Notes: generated by a model from the sequence alone, not told the origin. A stretch of DNA of 64,000 nt from the human T2T-CHM13v2.0 reference genome, Homo sapiens (GCA_009914755.4 CP068257.2:40800001-40864000), one strand, 5' to 3'; numbered from the stretch's first letter, positions 1 through 14,254 are shown. Made by a program: numbers and translations.

Positions 1-289
1 GAAAAGATTTCTGGAAGATGTCCCAGGAGAAGCAGTACCTTCCAAAGCCTCCAACCACCACCCCGGATTGCCCGAGACTTGCAGGGATCCCCAGAGCACA
101 AGACTAAACCTGGAAAAGCCCCAGAAAAATCGAGAGAGTTTTCCCCCTACATCGACATCAATGGTACTTGTGACAAGCTGACTCCCTTCTGGTTCACCCT
201 CTGGAGCCAACGGGGAAAGGCAAGGCAGCCCAAGCCATGTGACACAGCTCAGAAATCAGAGCAGGCCTTGGCCCCCCACTCCTTCCCCA

Positions 290-1140
290 GCCCACTGAGG
301 TGCAAGCACACACACACACACACAGATAGACACAGAGACACACACATAGCTCACACACATAGACACACACAGATTGACACAGAGACTTACACATGCACAC
401 AGATACACACACATACATGCATACAGACATACATAGATATAGACACACAGACACACACAGATAGACACAGAGACGTACACACGGCACACACAGATACACA
501 CACATACATGCATACAGACATACATAGATATAGACACACAGACACACACAGACATGGAGACGTACACACGGCACACACAGATACACACACATACATGCAT
601 ACAGACACACACAGAGACACAGATACACACAGACACACACAGATAGACACAGAGACGTACACAGCACACACAGATACACACACATACCTGCATACAGACA
701 TACATAGATATAGACACACAGACACACACATATATACATGCATACATGGATACAGACATACACAGACACACACAGATAGACACACATACACACTACATGT
801 ACATAGGTACACATGCAAACAGATACACACAGATATACACACACAGGAATACACAGATACATGCACATAGACACACACAGACACACACAGAGACACACAT
901 TAGATAGACACACATGCACAAACACAGACATGCACATACATGCACATACATAGACAAATGCACACATACAGACACACACATAAGCACCACATGCACACAT
1001 ATGCACACAGATACACACATGCATACACACAGACACACATATAGACATACGCAGACACACAGACACACATAGACATACGCATATGCAGACACACACACAG
1101 ACACACACACATATAGACATATGCAGACACAAACACACTC
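290..1140. repeat. Complex CA-rich microsatellite of about 850 bp ((CA)n/(GACA)n/(CATA)n), with a 90-bp higher-order periodicity across three consecutive 90-bp segments between 461 and 730
   Basis: Visible acacacagatagacacagagac... composition. Three near-identical 90-bp blocks start at about 461, 551 and 641. Confidence 0.9.
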
Positions 1141-2551
1141 ACACACCTCCCTCTGTCGTTAGCTCCTCCCAGTCCCCCACCCCAGTTCTGGCCTGGCCGT
1201 GGTTAGTGGAGCTCCCCTCACAGGCAGAAGAGTGTAACGGAGACTCACTGTGTACCTTGATGCTGTAAAATGAAAACACTAATCTTCCGAAGTGTGATAT
1301 TGATCACAGCTACACTTATAACATGACTATTCTTGAAAATTACATATCTGAGGCCAAGAAACACAATGTGAGATGGATTCAGGAATGGACATGTGTTCAC
1401 TGGGTGGTTTTGTGTTGAGTGCCGTTGAGGGTTGCAGAGAAAACAGACAGGGAGGAATGTCAGGCCGGCCTGTCCATGGGGAGACGGAAGCTGCATTAAA
1501 CACTGTGATCTGGCCTCATACTTGGGCTTGTAAGAAGCACTGTGGGAAATTCCGAGGGCAGCCCGGTGCTGGGAAGAGAAGGGATCAGGCCAACTCCCGC
1601 CAGGAGGGTGTGGTGTCTGGGTTTCCCCTGTGGTCCGATGTGGCCAATGGCACTGGGAAGGTTTTCAAGCCCAGGAAGCAGCCTCCCCAGGGCGGTAGGC
1701 AACACCGAGCCCAGATGTCAGGAGAGGCTGCGTCTGGCTGGAGGATGGGGGTGGGAGCCCCGTGGGCAAGGCTGTCGGGCCAGCACCTGTCGGGCTCCGT
1801 GGGCCTGAGGGATTCTCCAGGTGACAGAGAGCCTGCGGCCTCAGGGGTGGGAGCTGCATCAGAAAGAGGGTCCTGCAGCCACTCAGGGGGCATCAGGGAG
1901 GCCGGGCCAGGGGCTGTGCAGGCTCAGGTCCTCCAGGGAGCAGACCCCAAGGCAGAATTCCCAGTGCAGGAGACGCACGGGGGAGAGACTGCTGGTGAAG
2001 GCAAAAGAGGAGGAGAGGGTTGGAGGCAGGCAGAGCCTCAGTGCCTTAGAGGAGTCCCTGTGGAACCCGACTCAGTGCTCAGCCGTGGAAGAGAGGGTGG
2101 CCCCGCAGCTGGAAGTGCAGCTGAGTCCCGCTCACTACAGGCTCTGAGCAGTGCCTGGGCAGCCTTGGAGTCTGCTAGAAACCTCCAGAAGCCAAATCAT
2201 GCAAACCTGAGCAAAGCAGTGTGCCATGGGACTGAGGAAAGGGCCTGGCAGGTGATGAGCACGTGCCATGGAGGGAGGGGATGCAGTTCAACGACCAGGG
2301 GATTTCCAACCTGGGCACCTAAAGGAGACTCCAACCCGCAAAGAAACTTACCTGAAATATTTGAAAAAACCGAGGTCCAGGTATAGAACAAATCCATAAC
2401 CCCAGACACAAAGGGACGCAATAAATTATGTTACAGCGCTTTGAACAGAAAAGAATCTCACTTTAATTGCTGCCTGATTGTTATTAATTAAATTAATAGA
2501 TGACTTCTGATGAGAGGTGTGGAAACACAGGCTCTGTCTCTGTCCCCTTAG

Positions 2552-2750
2552 TGTGAAGACCAGAAGGTGGAATGCCTGTACGAGGCGCTGAAGAGAGCTG
2601 GAGACAGGCTCCTGGGCTCCTTCCCCACGGCCGTGCCTCTGGCTCTCCACTCCTCCATCAGCTACCTCGGCTTCTTCGTCAGTGGCAGCCCCGCAGACGT
2701 CATCCGGGAATTCGCCATGACCTTCGCCACGGAAGCATCTCTCTTAGCAG
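2552..2750 (+). CDS. UBASH3A: UBASH3A coding exon (linker after UBA domain): CEDQKVECLYEALKRAGDRLLGSFPTAVPLALHSSISYLGFFVSGSPADVIREFAMTFATEASLLA, ends in phase 1
   Basis: Acceptor is a pyrimidine tract followed by TAG at 2549-2551. Donor GT at 2751-2752. The open frame continues in phase into the next exon (g + ac = Asp). The peptide matches my recollection of human UBASH3A. Confidence 0.8.
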
Positions 2751-4039
2751 GTGGGCAGCCCTGGCCAGTTGCAAACACAGGGCTGGATTCACAGTGAGTG
2801 AGCCCTCTGTGGCAGGGACTAGCCCCCGGCACATGGATGCAGTGGGTGGGTTCCAGGGGAGCAGAGCCCAGCAGCAATGGTGGGATGGCTGGGTGGGCTT
2901 TCTTCCGGGCTCAGTGGCTGCACCTGTCCTCACCCAGGCACTTCCGTTTCCCGCTTCTGGATTTTCAGCCAGGTGCCTGGACATGGCCCTAACCTGAGGC
3001 TGAGCAATTTAACTAGAGCCTCCTTCGTGAGCCACTACATCCTTCAAAAATGTAAGCCATTAGAAAGCTTCCGGACCAGCTTTGGTCTTCTCTTTAGGCG
3101 GGAATAGCCTTGTTCTCATTATGTGGTTTTTAAAATGCTTAGCTATATGCCAACAGCCTGGGAAAGTGCCCCAGAAGGGTGTGCCAAGCATCAAGCCTGA
3201 GTGGGTGACTGTGACGGGGTTGGAGGCTGGTGCACACAGGGAGTCAGGGCCTCCCCACCCCAGCCTTGAGTGGGAGACACACAAGTCCTACGTGACTTAT
3301 TTCTGTATTTTCAGTATGAGCTTAGTGCTCTCTCCTTGGCCTCTCCAGGGAAAGATTATTTAGACTCATATTCAGAATCATCAAAATTCCCTTCTCTCCA
3401 AACACCAGCCCTGGCCTGGAGACCAAGGCTACCATTGGGGTTTAGTGGAAAGGATTGTGGACTTGACGTCAGAAGATGTGATTTTTTTCTGTGTCCCTGA
3501 TGAGTGGCATGACCTTAATCAAGTCATGTCCACTCTCTCTGTCTCTTTTTCTTTCTCTACAAAACAATGAGGGCTCTCACTCTTCAAGAACAATGTTGCC
3601 TGAGTCTGTGGCCCATCCTGCCATAGTTCCCGGGACACAGAAGGCACTCAGTATTGCTGAGATTTGCCGACTCTAAAATCTGACGAGGCCGCAGTGCCTT
3701 GGTGGGAGGGCTCCCCACTTTCTCTCTCTGGGAGCGTGTCTGTCTGTGCTCAGACATGTATGAAGCACAGATCCTGGCCTGTAAATCCATCCCTGAATCC
3801 TGGGCTTCCACTTGGATGGCAGCTTGTGAGTCTGGAGATCGAATCTGCTGAATAATTAGAAAGTCGCCCCCGGTCTTTGTGGATTAGTATCCTTTATCAA
3901 ATGATGGCTCTTTCACACCCAGGCCCTCCCCCAGTGAACCTCATTGGCAGCATCTTAAAAACAGGAAGACTGAGGCTGCAAAGGGTGAAGGGCCTGCCCA
4001 AGGTCCTGTGGTGTGTAGAGCGGTGTCCCCTAAAAATGT

Positions 4040-4385
4040 TTGTCCACCAGGAACTTGGGAATGTGACCTCACTTGGGAATAGGGCCTGTGCAGATGCGAT
4101 TGGTTGGGAGGAGGTCACACTGCATTAGGGTGGGTTCCCGTAAGGGTAGAGGCCGCACAGAGACACAGAGAAGCCATGTGCCGACTGAGGCAGAGACTGG
4201 AGTGATGTAGCCACAAGCCAAGGGACGCCTGGGGCCACCGGAAACTGGAAGAAGCCAGGAAGGACCCTTCCCGGGAGCTTTCGGGGAGAGCACAGCCCTG
4301 CCAACACCTTGATTTTGAACCTCTAGTCTCCAGAAATGGGAGGCAATACATTTCTGTTGTTTGAAACCAATCTAGTCCCCTAACC
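4040..4385 (+). mobile_element. Solitary LTR-like interspersed repeat (MaLR/MST-type family, assignment tentative)
   Basis: It has the characteristic ...gccacaagccaagg.acgcctggggccacc.gaa.ctggaagaagc..ggaagga.....ccttgattttg.ac.tctag.ctccagaa... body. Confidence 0.5.
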
Positions 4386-5969
4386 AGGCTGGCGGAGCAG
4401 GGACCTGAACCCACCTCTGTCCTGCTCCATGCTGCCTGGGTTCATGCTGGGCAGCCCCACTTCCTGTGGGAGCCAGCGTTGACCTCACATCTACGCCCCG
4501 ACCCTGAGTAGGCTGTGTCCTGCCCTTCCATGGCCCATGCTCTCAGCCTGACACCGAGGGGGTGGAGGGGACTCTCTCAGTGATGAGTGACCAGTCACTG
4601 CTCTGAAGTGGCCGAGGTCCCTCTTGGGGCAAATGCATGAGGCCCCCTTGCCCGCGTTGGTCCTCCCCAGTGAAACGTGCCCATAGGCACAGGTCCGCAG
4701 AGAGAAGGAAACGCAAGGACCCGTTCAGAAGTCGGTGTGACTCACTCTGACGTCAGCAACCTGCAGTGGGTCTTTCCCAGGCCACACTCACTCGCATGGC
4801 AAGGCGGTCCTCCCCGACTGCTAAAAACAAAAGTCAGGAAAGGAATTTCCCCACCACCTACACACTCATGCTGCTCCCCACCACCTACACACTCATGCTG
4901 CTCTGGGCTGCGCAGCCTCAGTGCCCCAGCTTTCCTAGAGACCGTGGGAGCTTCCCATTTGCCTCTAAAGGCTCACCTCTCACGTGGGAGACAGCAGTGA
5001 GCCCCAACTTCGGGGCTCCAGGGAAAGGCTTGCATCAACTTTGACCTTTTTTAGGGGGTGAGCAGATCCTGTTTGTAAGTGCCCTGCTGTGGAGTGGGGG
5101 CAGGGTACGTCTGTGCACCGACACGGCGTCTCTAGCAGGAAACTTTAGGTTAGGAGGCTGATTTCCCACTGCAGCCTTGGCGAGCAGGCTCTGCCGTCCT
5201 CCAGCAGATGCTGCTGAAGCAGAAATTGGGCAGGCCCAGAGGCTCGGTCAAGGTCACCCTGCAAAAGGGGGCACAGTGCAGCCTAAAACTAGGTCTATCT
5301 GACACCAAAGTTTGTGTTGTTCCCGTCAAGACACAGACCGCCTCCCTAGGACATAAAATACTTTGTGGCTCAACTGAAATCAGATCCTGGCTGCTTTGGT
5401 GATGCCAGCTGCTCTGCTCAGACTGACCCGAGAGCCCCTGGCAGGACCAGGGAGGGCTAGGGCCACAGGGGCAGAGGACACCCAAAAAGACCTGAGGCTC
5501 AGCCACTCCCAGGACTTCCTGCTTCACCAAAACAAGGTGAACCTTAAAGACACTGTGTGTTTTATAGTTTTGTTGCCTAAAGAGTTTTCTTCTTGAAACT
5601 CTACAATTAAACAAAAAGCCGTTGAACTGGAGCTCGGGCCTGCAAGTCCAGGCCACTGGGTAACGTGCACACCCCGGGGAATGGAGGAGCCGTTTACTCT
5701 GTGCATCTGAATCGTGCATTCGGGCAGCTAGCCTGCAAACCGATAGGCCCCCGAGACCCTGAACCCACATCTCCATATCGTCCTCTTTCCTACTTCCTGG
5801 AAAAATCTGCAGGGATCCAGCCATCTCCTTTATGATGTGAGTTCTGAGCGGGCCAAATGAGCTCTGAGTTCTGAGAGCCCTTGCCTTGTGGAGGAAGCAT
5901 GGAGGTCGGAGGAAGGAGACATTTAGGTAACGGTGTCCTGGCACCCTCTGTGTTTCCCTGATTTCACAG

Positions 5970-6139
5970 ACTGCTCCGTGAAGCCTTGCACCAAACAGCT
6001 GCATCTGACCTTGGCCCACAAGTTCTACCCCCACCACCAGAGGACGCTGGAGCAGCTGGCCAGAGCCATCCCCCTGGGCCACAGCTGCCAGTGGACCGCA
6101 GCACTCTACTCCCGAGACATGCGCTTTGTGCACTACCAG
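5970..6139 (+). CDS. UBASH3A: UBASH3A coding exon (2H-phosphoesterase-like region, contains the HLTL H-x-T-x motif): (D)CSVKPCTKQLHLTLAHKFYPHHQRTLEQLARAIPLGHSCQWTAALYSRDMRFVHYQ
   Basis: Acceptor tttcacAG at 5968-5969. Donor GT at 6140-6141. Phase 1 in, phase 0 out. The tool ORF 5933..6166 contains this peptide. Confidence 0.8.
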
Positions 6140-6180
6140 GTGAGAGAGCTGAGCAGGGGCTCATAAGAAGCAGATGAATG

Positions 6181-6465
6181 GGCTGGGCTCGGTGGCTCAC
6201 GCCTGTAATCCCAGCACTTTGGGAGGCCGAGGCGGCGGATCATGAGGTCAGGAGATGGAGACCATCCTGGCTAACATGGTGAAACCTCGTCTCTACTAAA
6301 AATACAAAAAATTAGCCAGGCACGGCGGCGGGCACCTGTAGTCCCAGCTACTCAGGAGGCTGAGGCAGGAGAATGGAGTGAACCCGGGAGGCGGAGCTTG
6401 CAGCGAGTGGAGGTAGCATCACTGCACTCCAGCCTGGGCTACAGAGCGAGACGTCTCAAAAAAAG
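6181..6465 (+). mobile_element. Alu SINE (sense)
   Basis: ggctgggctcggtggctcacgcctgtaatcccagcactttgggaggccgagg... followed by an A-rich tail. Confidence 0.95.
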
Positions 6466-6668
6466 AAGCAGATGAGTGAACGGCCACTCACCTGACAGCA
6501 TGTACCCCCTGGAGCCCTCCAAGGGAGATATGTTAGTAGCAAGGAAAATTTCTATTGCTTCTCTAAAGCCATTCTCTTTCTTGTGCAATTTACAACCAGC
6601 ATTCTTTTATATGTGAGTTAGAGATGCACAGACAACAAAATAGAAGCATTTCCAATATTAGAAAAGGA

Positions 6669-7019
<351 letters not shown>

Positions 7020-7386
7020 TTATTAATTCTTTTTTATTTATTTATTTTTTAAATGTAGGGGCCATGCTAATCTTCTCTGCAGCATTCCAATTTTAGTTAT
7101 ATGTGCTGCCAAAGTGAGCACAATTCACTTTAAAGAATGATTTGAGTGAAACCTCATTCTGGGACTTCCTGCCCATGAATCGATGGGTTTAGAAACGAAG
7201 TGTGTGATGCTCCTTTCAGACCCAGAGAGCACGTGTGAATGAATCCACCATGTTCTGTATCGTATGAGGTGTCAATAACCTCACACCGAGGAAGGCGGAT
7301 GTGAAAGTCTGCTTATGCCTTCAGATCTTTTGTAGACAAAAAAGTACCTAGATGGATGGATGATGGATAGATCCCAAAATGTATCT

Positions 7387-7707
7387 CTTTTTTTTTTCTT
7401 TTTTTCTTTTTTTTTTTTTTTTTTTTGAGAGGGAGTCTCACCCTGTCACCCAGGGTAGAATGCAGTGGAGCGATCTGCGCCCACTTCAACCTTCGCCTCC
7501 CAGGTTCAAGTGATTCTCCTGCCTCAAGCTTCCCAAGTAGCTGGGACTACAGGCACCCGCCACCATGTCCAGCTAATTTTTGTATTTTCAGTAGAGACGG
7601 GGTTTCACCATATTGGCCAGGCTGGTCTCAAACTCCTGACCTTGTGATCCACCCACCTCAGCCTTCCAAAGTGCTGGGATTACAGGCGTGAGCCACCGCG
7701 CCTGGCC
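7387..7707 (-). mobile_element. Alu SINE (antisense)
   Basis: A poly-T leader followed by gagagggagtctcaccctgtcacccaggg... and ending ...gattacaggcgtgagccaccgcgcctggcc. Confidence 0.95.
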
Positions 7708-7926
7708 CCAAAATGTATTTCTAAATCTATCCAAAGAATTCTATGCTGCGTTTCATTACATTCTGTGCTATATATTGCCAGACAAAGCTTTGGATGGAGT
7801 CTTGGAGACACAGAACACATTGGAGGGGCAGAAAGCAGGAGGTGGCAGGTGATAGGCCTCCTATTGCTGCCATTTTCCAATGTAAATCTTTGCTCGAGAC
7901 GTGAAACCCCTTTGCCTCTTTTCTAG

Positions 7927-8135
7927 ACCCTGAGAGCCCTATTCCAGTACAAACCCCAGAACGTGGATGAGCTGACGCTAAGTCCTGGTGACTACATCTT
8001 TGTGGACCCCACGCAGCAGGACGAAGCCAGCGAGGGCTGGGTGATTGGGATCTCACAGCGGACGGGCTGCCGGGGCTTCCTGCCGGAAAACTACACGGAT
8101 CGAGCCAGTGAGTCTGACACGTGGGTGAAGCACAG
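7927..8135 (+). CDS. UBASH3A: UBASH3A SH3-domain exon: TLRALFQYKPQNVDELTLSPGDYIFVDPTQQDEASEGWVIGISQRTGCRGFLPENYTDRASESDTWVKH(R)
   Basis: Acceptor ttctAG at 7925-7926. Donor GT at 8136-8137. Canonical SH3 signature (ALFQY...DELTL..GDYI......GW..G......G.FP.NY). Phase 0 in, phase 2 out. Confidence 0.9.
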
Positions 8136-9639
8136 GTGAGTGCTGCCTCTGGCTGCAGCCCCGTCATCTCTCTCTGAGTTACTGTGTGAGAGTGCCCACC
8201 TGCCAACAGTGTGCTTCTAGACCATTCCATTATTGGTAAAATTGCATTCTGTATGCTGACAAAATTATTCCTGCAGGTATATAGTAAACATCTTGGTTCG
8301 TCCCTGGTTTTCTGATGATAACATTCAAAAAAGAATGAATTACTCTGCATTAGAGTAATTTGAGATGGTAATCCCCAAATTACTGCAAAATACTACTTCT
8401 TTATCACACACATAATAAATTATACTCAGAGGTCCTGAGCTTGGGTTTATTTATTCTTCTGCTCCGTGTATGAAATGTAAAGTCCTAGGTCGTATTATTA
8501 GTTTTCTATGACTGTATAATAAATTACCACTAAAACAAAGTGCAATTATTATCTTATGGTATTTATGGGTTGAGAGTCAGAGTCCAGCTTCACTGGGTCC
8601 TCAGCTCGGGGTCTCAAGGCTGTAATCAAGGTGCCTGCCAGGGCTGGGCTCCCCACTGAGGCTTCACACCCTCGCCTGAGCATACACAGTTGTTGGTGGG
8701 AGTGATTTCCTTGAAGCTGTAGGGCTCCTGGTGAGTTGCTTCTTCATCAGCTGAAGAATCTCTTAATTTTAGCACCTTTTAGCATCATCTGGTGAGGCTA
8801 AGGATTTTCAGAATCATCAGATACTGGTTCTTTTTTGTTCGATGTTCTTCCCTCAATTTATCTCTTTCCTCTCCCGCTTCACTATAAATAACATGAAGAA
8901 ACCAGGTGATACACTTAACACTTTGTTTGGAAATAGCCTTAGCTATGTGACCAACATCATCGCTTACAAGTCCTGCTCTCCATGGACAATTTCATTAAAC
9001 TCTCTGGCACACATGGGAAGGATCCTCCTTGCTCCGATTTCCTGGAACACCTGTCACATTCCTTTCTGAGTTCTCCCCGGAGGATTCACCTTTAGCATCC
9101 CTATTTCCTCTAGCAGTCTGTTCATGGTGATTTGGGCTTTCTCTGCCGTGCTACTCAAAAGTCTCTTAGCCTCTACTCGCTGCCAAGTCCCAAAGTTGTT
9201 TCCACATTTTAAGTTCAGAAGGTTTCCAACTTACAATGGTTTGGCTTAGGATTTCATAATGTTACGAAAGTGATATGGGTTCAATAGAAACTGTACTTCA
9301 AGTGCCCATACAATCATTCTGTGCTACATTTTCAGTACAACATTCAACGAATTACATGAGATACTCAACACTTGATTATAAAATCGGCTTTGTGTTAGAT
9401 TATTCCGCCCTATCATAGGCTACTGTAAGTGTTCTGAGCGTGTTTAAGGTAAGCTAGGCCAAGCTGTGATGTTCAGTAGGTTAGGTGCATTAAATGCATT
9501 TTCAAGTTATGATGGGTTTGTTGGAACATAACCCCATCTGAAGTTGAAGAACATCCACTGTTTGTTAGAGTAGCACCCCATTCCTGATACCAAATTTAGT
9601 AAAAGTTTAACCAGAGATGCAGAACCAGTCACTTTCATA

Positions 9640-9995
9640 CAATATATAATACATATAAGTATATGTACAGTTGTCCCTTGCTATCTGCAAGGGATTGGTT
9701 CCCGGACCCCCACAGATACCCAAATCCTCATGTTCTCGAGTCCCCGATATAAAATGCTGTAGTATTTACATGCAACTTATGCACATCACCCTGTATCCTT
9801 TAAATCATCTCTAGATTACTTGTGATATGTAATACAGTATAAATACTATGCAAATAGTTGTTATACGGTATTGTTTTTTATTTGTATTTTTTAAATTGTA
9901 TTGCTATTTTTTAATTGATTAATCTTTTGAATATTTTTGGCCTGCAGTTGGTTGAATCCACAAATGCAGAACCTCCAGATACAAAGGGCTGACTA
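9640..9995. mobile_element. TIR-bearing non-autonomous DNA-transposon-like interspersed repeat (family uncertain)
   Basis: acagttgtcccttgctatctgcaagggattggttcccggaccccc... ending ...ggttgaatccacaaatgcagaacctccagatacaaagggctgactatac. The termini are imperfectly inverted-complementary. It resembles a common human repeat. Confidence 0.45.
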
Positions 9996-12900
9996 TACAT
10001 ACATAGTATTTTATATTATATACACATGTATCACACACATATATATATGGAAAGGTATATATGTATACACACATCTATATTGATTTACTACAATGAATTG
10101 CCTTATGGAATTACTGGGGCTAGCTAAGCAAGGGCAGACAGGCAGGAAGGGAGGAGCCTACTTAGGCTGAAAACCCATGGGCAAGCTGAAGCTTGTTGTC
10201 CACATGTGGCAGTTGGAAGGACCACCCGGGTGATGGGAGAGCAGTCACAGACACAGCTGCTATTGAAGTCTCTGAGTGTGAGGAAAGCCTAAGTTTTTAA
10301 AAAAAATGCCTTCCAACTGCATAAGTCAGACCTGCTCAGAATAACCTTGCTTTTGATTAATTTAAGCTCAACTGATTAGGGGTTCTAGTCACATTTGTAA
10401 AATCTCCTTCCAGCAGCACCTAGACTAGCATTTGATGGGATAGCTAGGAAGGCTGTGTGTGATGCTTAGGATGGCTACTGCCTCCCTTCCATCCTCCAGC
10501 TCTCATGAGAATGCCTCTTGTAGCCCACCCTGATCAGACATGTGCTAAAAAGGAAGTCTAGGAACTGTCGTTCAGTCTGGCCAAGTTGCCACACCATAAA
10601 GCCATTGCAAAGTGTTAAGGTGGCTCTTGTGAGCTTTTTCACTCTCTTCTCCCAGGTTCCAGTTAGGAGAGTGGAGAGAGCAGGCAGAGGTCAGAGTACA
10701 CATGGTGAAAAAAGAGAAAAGCTGCTCAGCCTCATGGGTGTGCATGTTGGGGTGGAGCTCTTGCAGGTGTCAAGACTGATGGTTGGAACAACTGAATGAT
10801 GAGAGTGGGAGGAGAAGGGCAGAAATACACAGAAAAACCCTATGTTGTGGTTCTGGGCTTCCTGGCACCTTCAGAGCTGTGTGGCTGGGGAAGAGAGCCT
10901 GGAAAAACACCATCGTGGCCATCCCTCTGTCTCCAGGCAGGAGGTCTTAAAACCATTTTATATTTCACTCATTTGTTTAATTCTCTCCTAAAATGCTCCA
11001 CAGCTTCTCTAGGGTTCCCCTCACCACCCTGACAAATAAATAAATCATTAAGTTGAACACAGATGTATCAGCATCTACTCAATCTATAGATTTTCAGATC
11101 TGTGCTGGACATTTGCTGTGGACTTCTATTTCCAGCATCTATACATCCAGGGAATTATTTTCTGTACCCTTCCTAATGAGATTCATGCACATGGCAAAAC
11201 TATGAAAATTGTGACGTTTTATTTGAGTAGTCATTAAAAGCTACTTAAAAATTGTCAGAGGCTATATGGATAAGCCTCTGTGTGGATAAGACTAGCATTT
11301 TAAGTAAATTAAGAAAGAACATATTTTGAAGAGCTGAAATAAATGATTGCATATTGGTCATTTTTATCCAAACCCCCAAAAAAGAAAAGAAAAGATGGTT
11401 TAATAGTACCTGATAGAAGCTCTTGGTGAAATGATTAGAATTTGCAAGAAATAGTAGTAAAAATAATGGAAGTATTGTCTGAAATATTTATAAAAGGAGA
11501 TTTGGTGACTATGGCTGATTTCTTTAAGTATTATATTTCTTTTTGCTAATTATTCATACACTGAGATTTGTATAACAAGCCAGGGACAGTACCTATGTCC
11601 CTGGGCTCCCCCACTAAACATAATAGCCACTTGACATTCAAGGAGAGCAGATTCCAGCCAAAGCCCCACAGCTGTGCATACATGACATTCCATATCATCT
11701 TCTCTTGAGGCCATTTAACTTCTTACCCTAATGAATAAGAACTTAGGACCACAAAATGCAAATGTGGGATGAAAAATGCAGCCGTAGTCACACGTCTTTA
11801 TTTATTGATGTGTTGACTCCTAATCCACTTAAATCTATTTTAAGGCAGCTTAAGAGATGTCCAATAGCTTTGCACACTAACATCACCCCCTGTGCCTGGC
11901 TCTGTGCCATGCATTTCCCTTACTAACTGATTTACTTCTCCAATACCCCCTGGATAGGCACTTTTATTGATCCATTTTATAGTTGATGAAACTGAGACAC
12001 AAAGAGATCAACTCACTTGCCTGTGTTCACACAGCAAGTGAGCAGAGGAAGCCGGATTCCAGTCTTATACCTAATCCCACGCTTGGGCTTTCAACTATGA
12101 CCTCAACTGCCTATAGAAGAGATCATTAAAATTTAAAAATAAGTCCATAAATTAAATTATGACACATCCATACAATAAAATATTTGCAGCTTTAAAATAA
12201 TTAAAAGGGAGAATTTTATATATTGATTTGAAAAAATATGCAAGATTTATTGATAAATGAAAAAAATAAGTTGCAGAACGATGTGTATGGCATGATATAC
12301 TTGTGGGGGAAGGGGAGAGAAACACATAACTGTCTGTAAATACATGTGCACAATATGTATTTCTATACATGTGTATGCCTAAAGGTTCCCTGGAAGGGAG
12401 AGTGTCTAGAAACTTCTAACCATGGTTACCGGTGGGTGTTGGGAGTGGGAGCCAGGAGAATGGAACAGAAATGGGAGGGAGTCTTTTCAAACACAACCAT
12501 TTCATAATGTTTAAATGTATGAAGCATATAAATGCATTACTTACTCAAAACATAAATTAATCCATTTTAAATTTCAAGAAGAGAATGTAAGAAAGCTGGG
12601 TCAAAGGGAGAGTAAAGGTGGAAAAGCTAGACAAAGCCAGGGCTGAGGTTTGTCCATACCATGGCGTGCGCTGTGAGCTCCCAGCTCCGAGCTTTCCCAC
12701 ATCCAGTGAGAAAACAGACACACATTCAACCAACAGTCATGGCCATCCCAGATGCGTGCAGACCAGCGGTTCAGGAGAAACACAATTTGCTGACATAGAC
12801 ATGTCCGTGGGTCCAGGGGCCACATCAAAATCACAGGATGTGGGTGCCACAAGGGATTGTAGAGATAACCGAAGGCAGCTCCCCTGCTTGAGAGGTGAGA

Positions 12901-14254
12901 AGACTCGGGCCCAGGAGGCCAGGTGACGTTGTACAATCAAGGAAGCTCTTGCTTTCTTGCAAGCTCAGTTCACCACCTGATCCAATCAACAGTTTAAGGA
13001 ATAGAGAGGAGATGCTGGCTATGCCCTAACTAACCATCTCAATTTCAGGAGGGTTGGGGCTCCCCTGTGGCCCCGCATCATTTAGCATGTCCTTCGCTCT
13101 CTGCCCGGGATGGGAGAGTTTCACAGTCACAGAGGAACCACAAAGACTCTGCAGAAGATGAGTCAGCGGCTATGATACTTTTCACTTCACAATTAATACA
13201 TCAGACACCTGCCATCAACATAACCATTCCAGCTTTTATGCCTGACATTTCTGGGACTATTCTTTCCAGAGGAACTTTCTCTTGAGAATTAATCAGTATT
13301 AACAAAAATTGCAATGAAAGGAAAGAGAAATAAGCACTGGGCTAGGTGCTGTGGGTTGTCTGATTGGTCCTGCTTTGGAAGCACCCTCATTGTGGCTGGG
13401 GGAGCATCAAGACACCCTGACAAGCTGTGATCTGTGCTTATGGGCCAGTGAGGCAGATGACGGGAGCTGTTGGACTCCACTGTGCTGGCTAAATCTTTTC
13501 AAACTGCTGAAAATCCTTATTAAACATCTAAAGCTTTCAAAATCGGAAAATGATCCTTGAATGTCTCCACACATCACTGACATATTCATTAGTGGAAAAT
13601 GGGGTCAGACAGCAATGTCCAGAGGCCAGCTGACCCACGGACTGACAGATAGCTGTGCAGATGTTGAATAATTACTTCCTACGAGCCCTGGTCAGGACTC
13701 ACACTTGCACGATCCAAGCAGCAGAACCACTGGCATTAGAGTGCCTGGAAACAGACCTGCAGGCGCACCAGGAGGAATCCCCCTGCCCGCCACAGAGGGC
13801 ACCTTTCCAGGTAAGAGTCTGCAGCTCTGATGAATAGTACTTGTCAATTAACACACCAGTCACCCATCACCACTATAATGACCCCAGCCTCAGCCTCCGT
13901 GCCAGACGGTGCAGGGATTCTTTGGACTTATCTACCGCAAAATCACACTGTAATGTTTGTCCATTGCTTTGAAGATCAGAGATGGCCTGGAGAGACTGGT
14001 GATGGAGGACCGTATTCACAAACCACAGCAGCTTCCAATCCTCTGTCCAGGAGAGCAGAGGGGAGCACCCCTGTGGGACAAACAACAGGGGGGCTTGAGT
14101 GTGAGGGCTCGGGAGAATAAGTGCCATCCCCCAGTCAAGATGAGGACTTTCCCAACACTGAAGACAGACACAGCAGATTACTTCAAAAACCTCAGAGCAA
14201 GTTTACAGCAAATATCTCAGACATAAGAAAGGTACAATTAAGGGCTAAATTGCA

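Noticed and set aside
79-1146. Several long ORFs on both strands (263, 314, 175 and 169 aa) inside the first 1.1 kb
   Set aside because: They lie entirely within the CA/GACA/CATA microsatellite. Their translations are His/Thr/Asp- or Cys/Val-rich low-complexity artefacts of the repeat. There is no start or splice context.
1373-2386. 337-aa + strand ORF in intron upstream of the first UBASH3A exon in window
   Set aside because: The sequence is purine/G-rich and T-poor, so stop codons are rare by composition. The translation is Gly/Arg/Ala/Ser-rich with no domain-like pattern. There is no splice-site support and it is out of phase with the flanking exons. It is most likely a chance ORF. It could only matter if the missing 114-nt cassette were here, which the domain order argues against.
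5150-6133. 327-aa minus-strand ORF
   Set aside because: It runs antisense across the genuine UBASH3A exon 5970-6139 and adjacent intron. It has no homology-like features and is a typical antisense shadow ORF.
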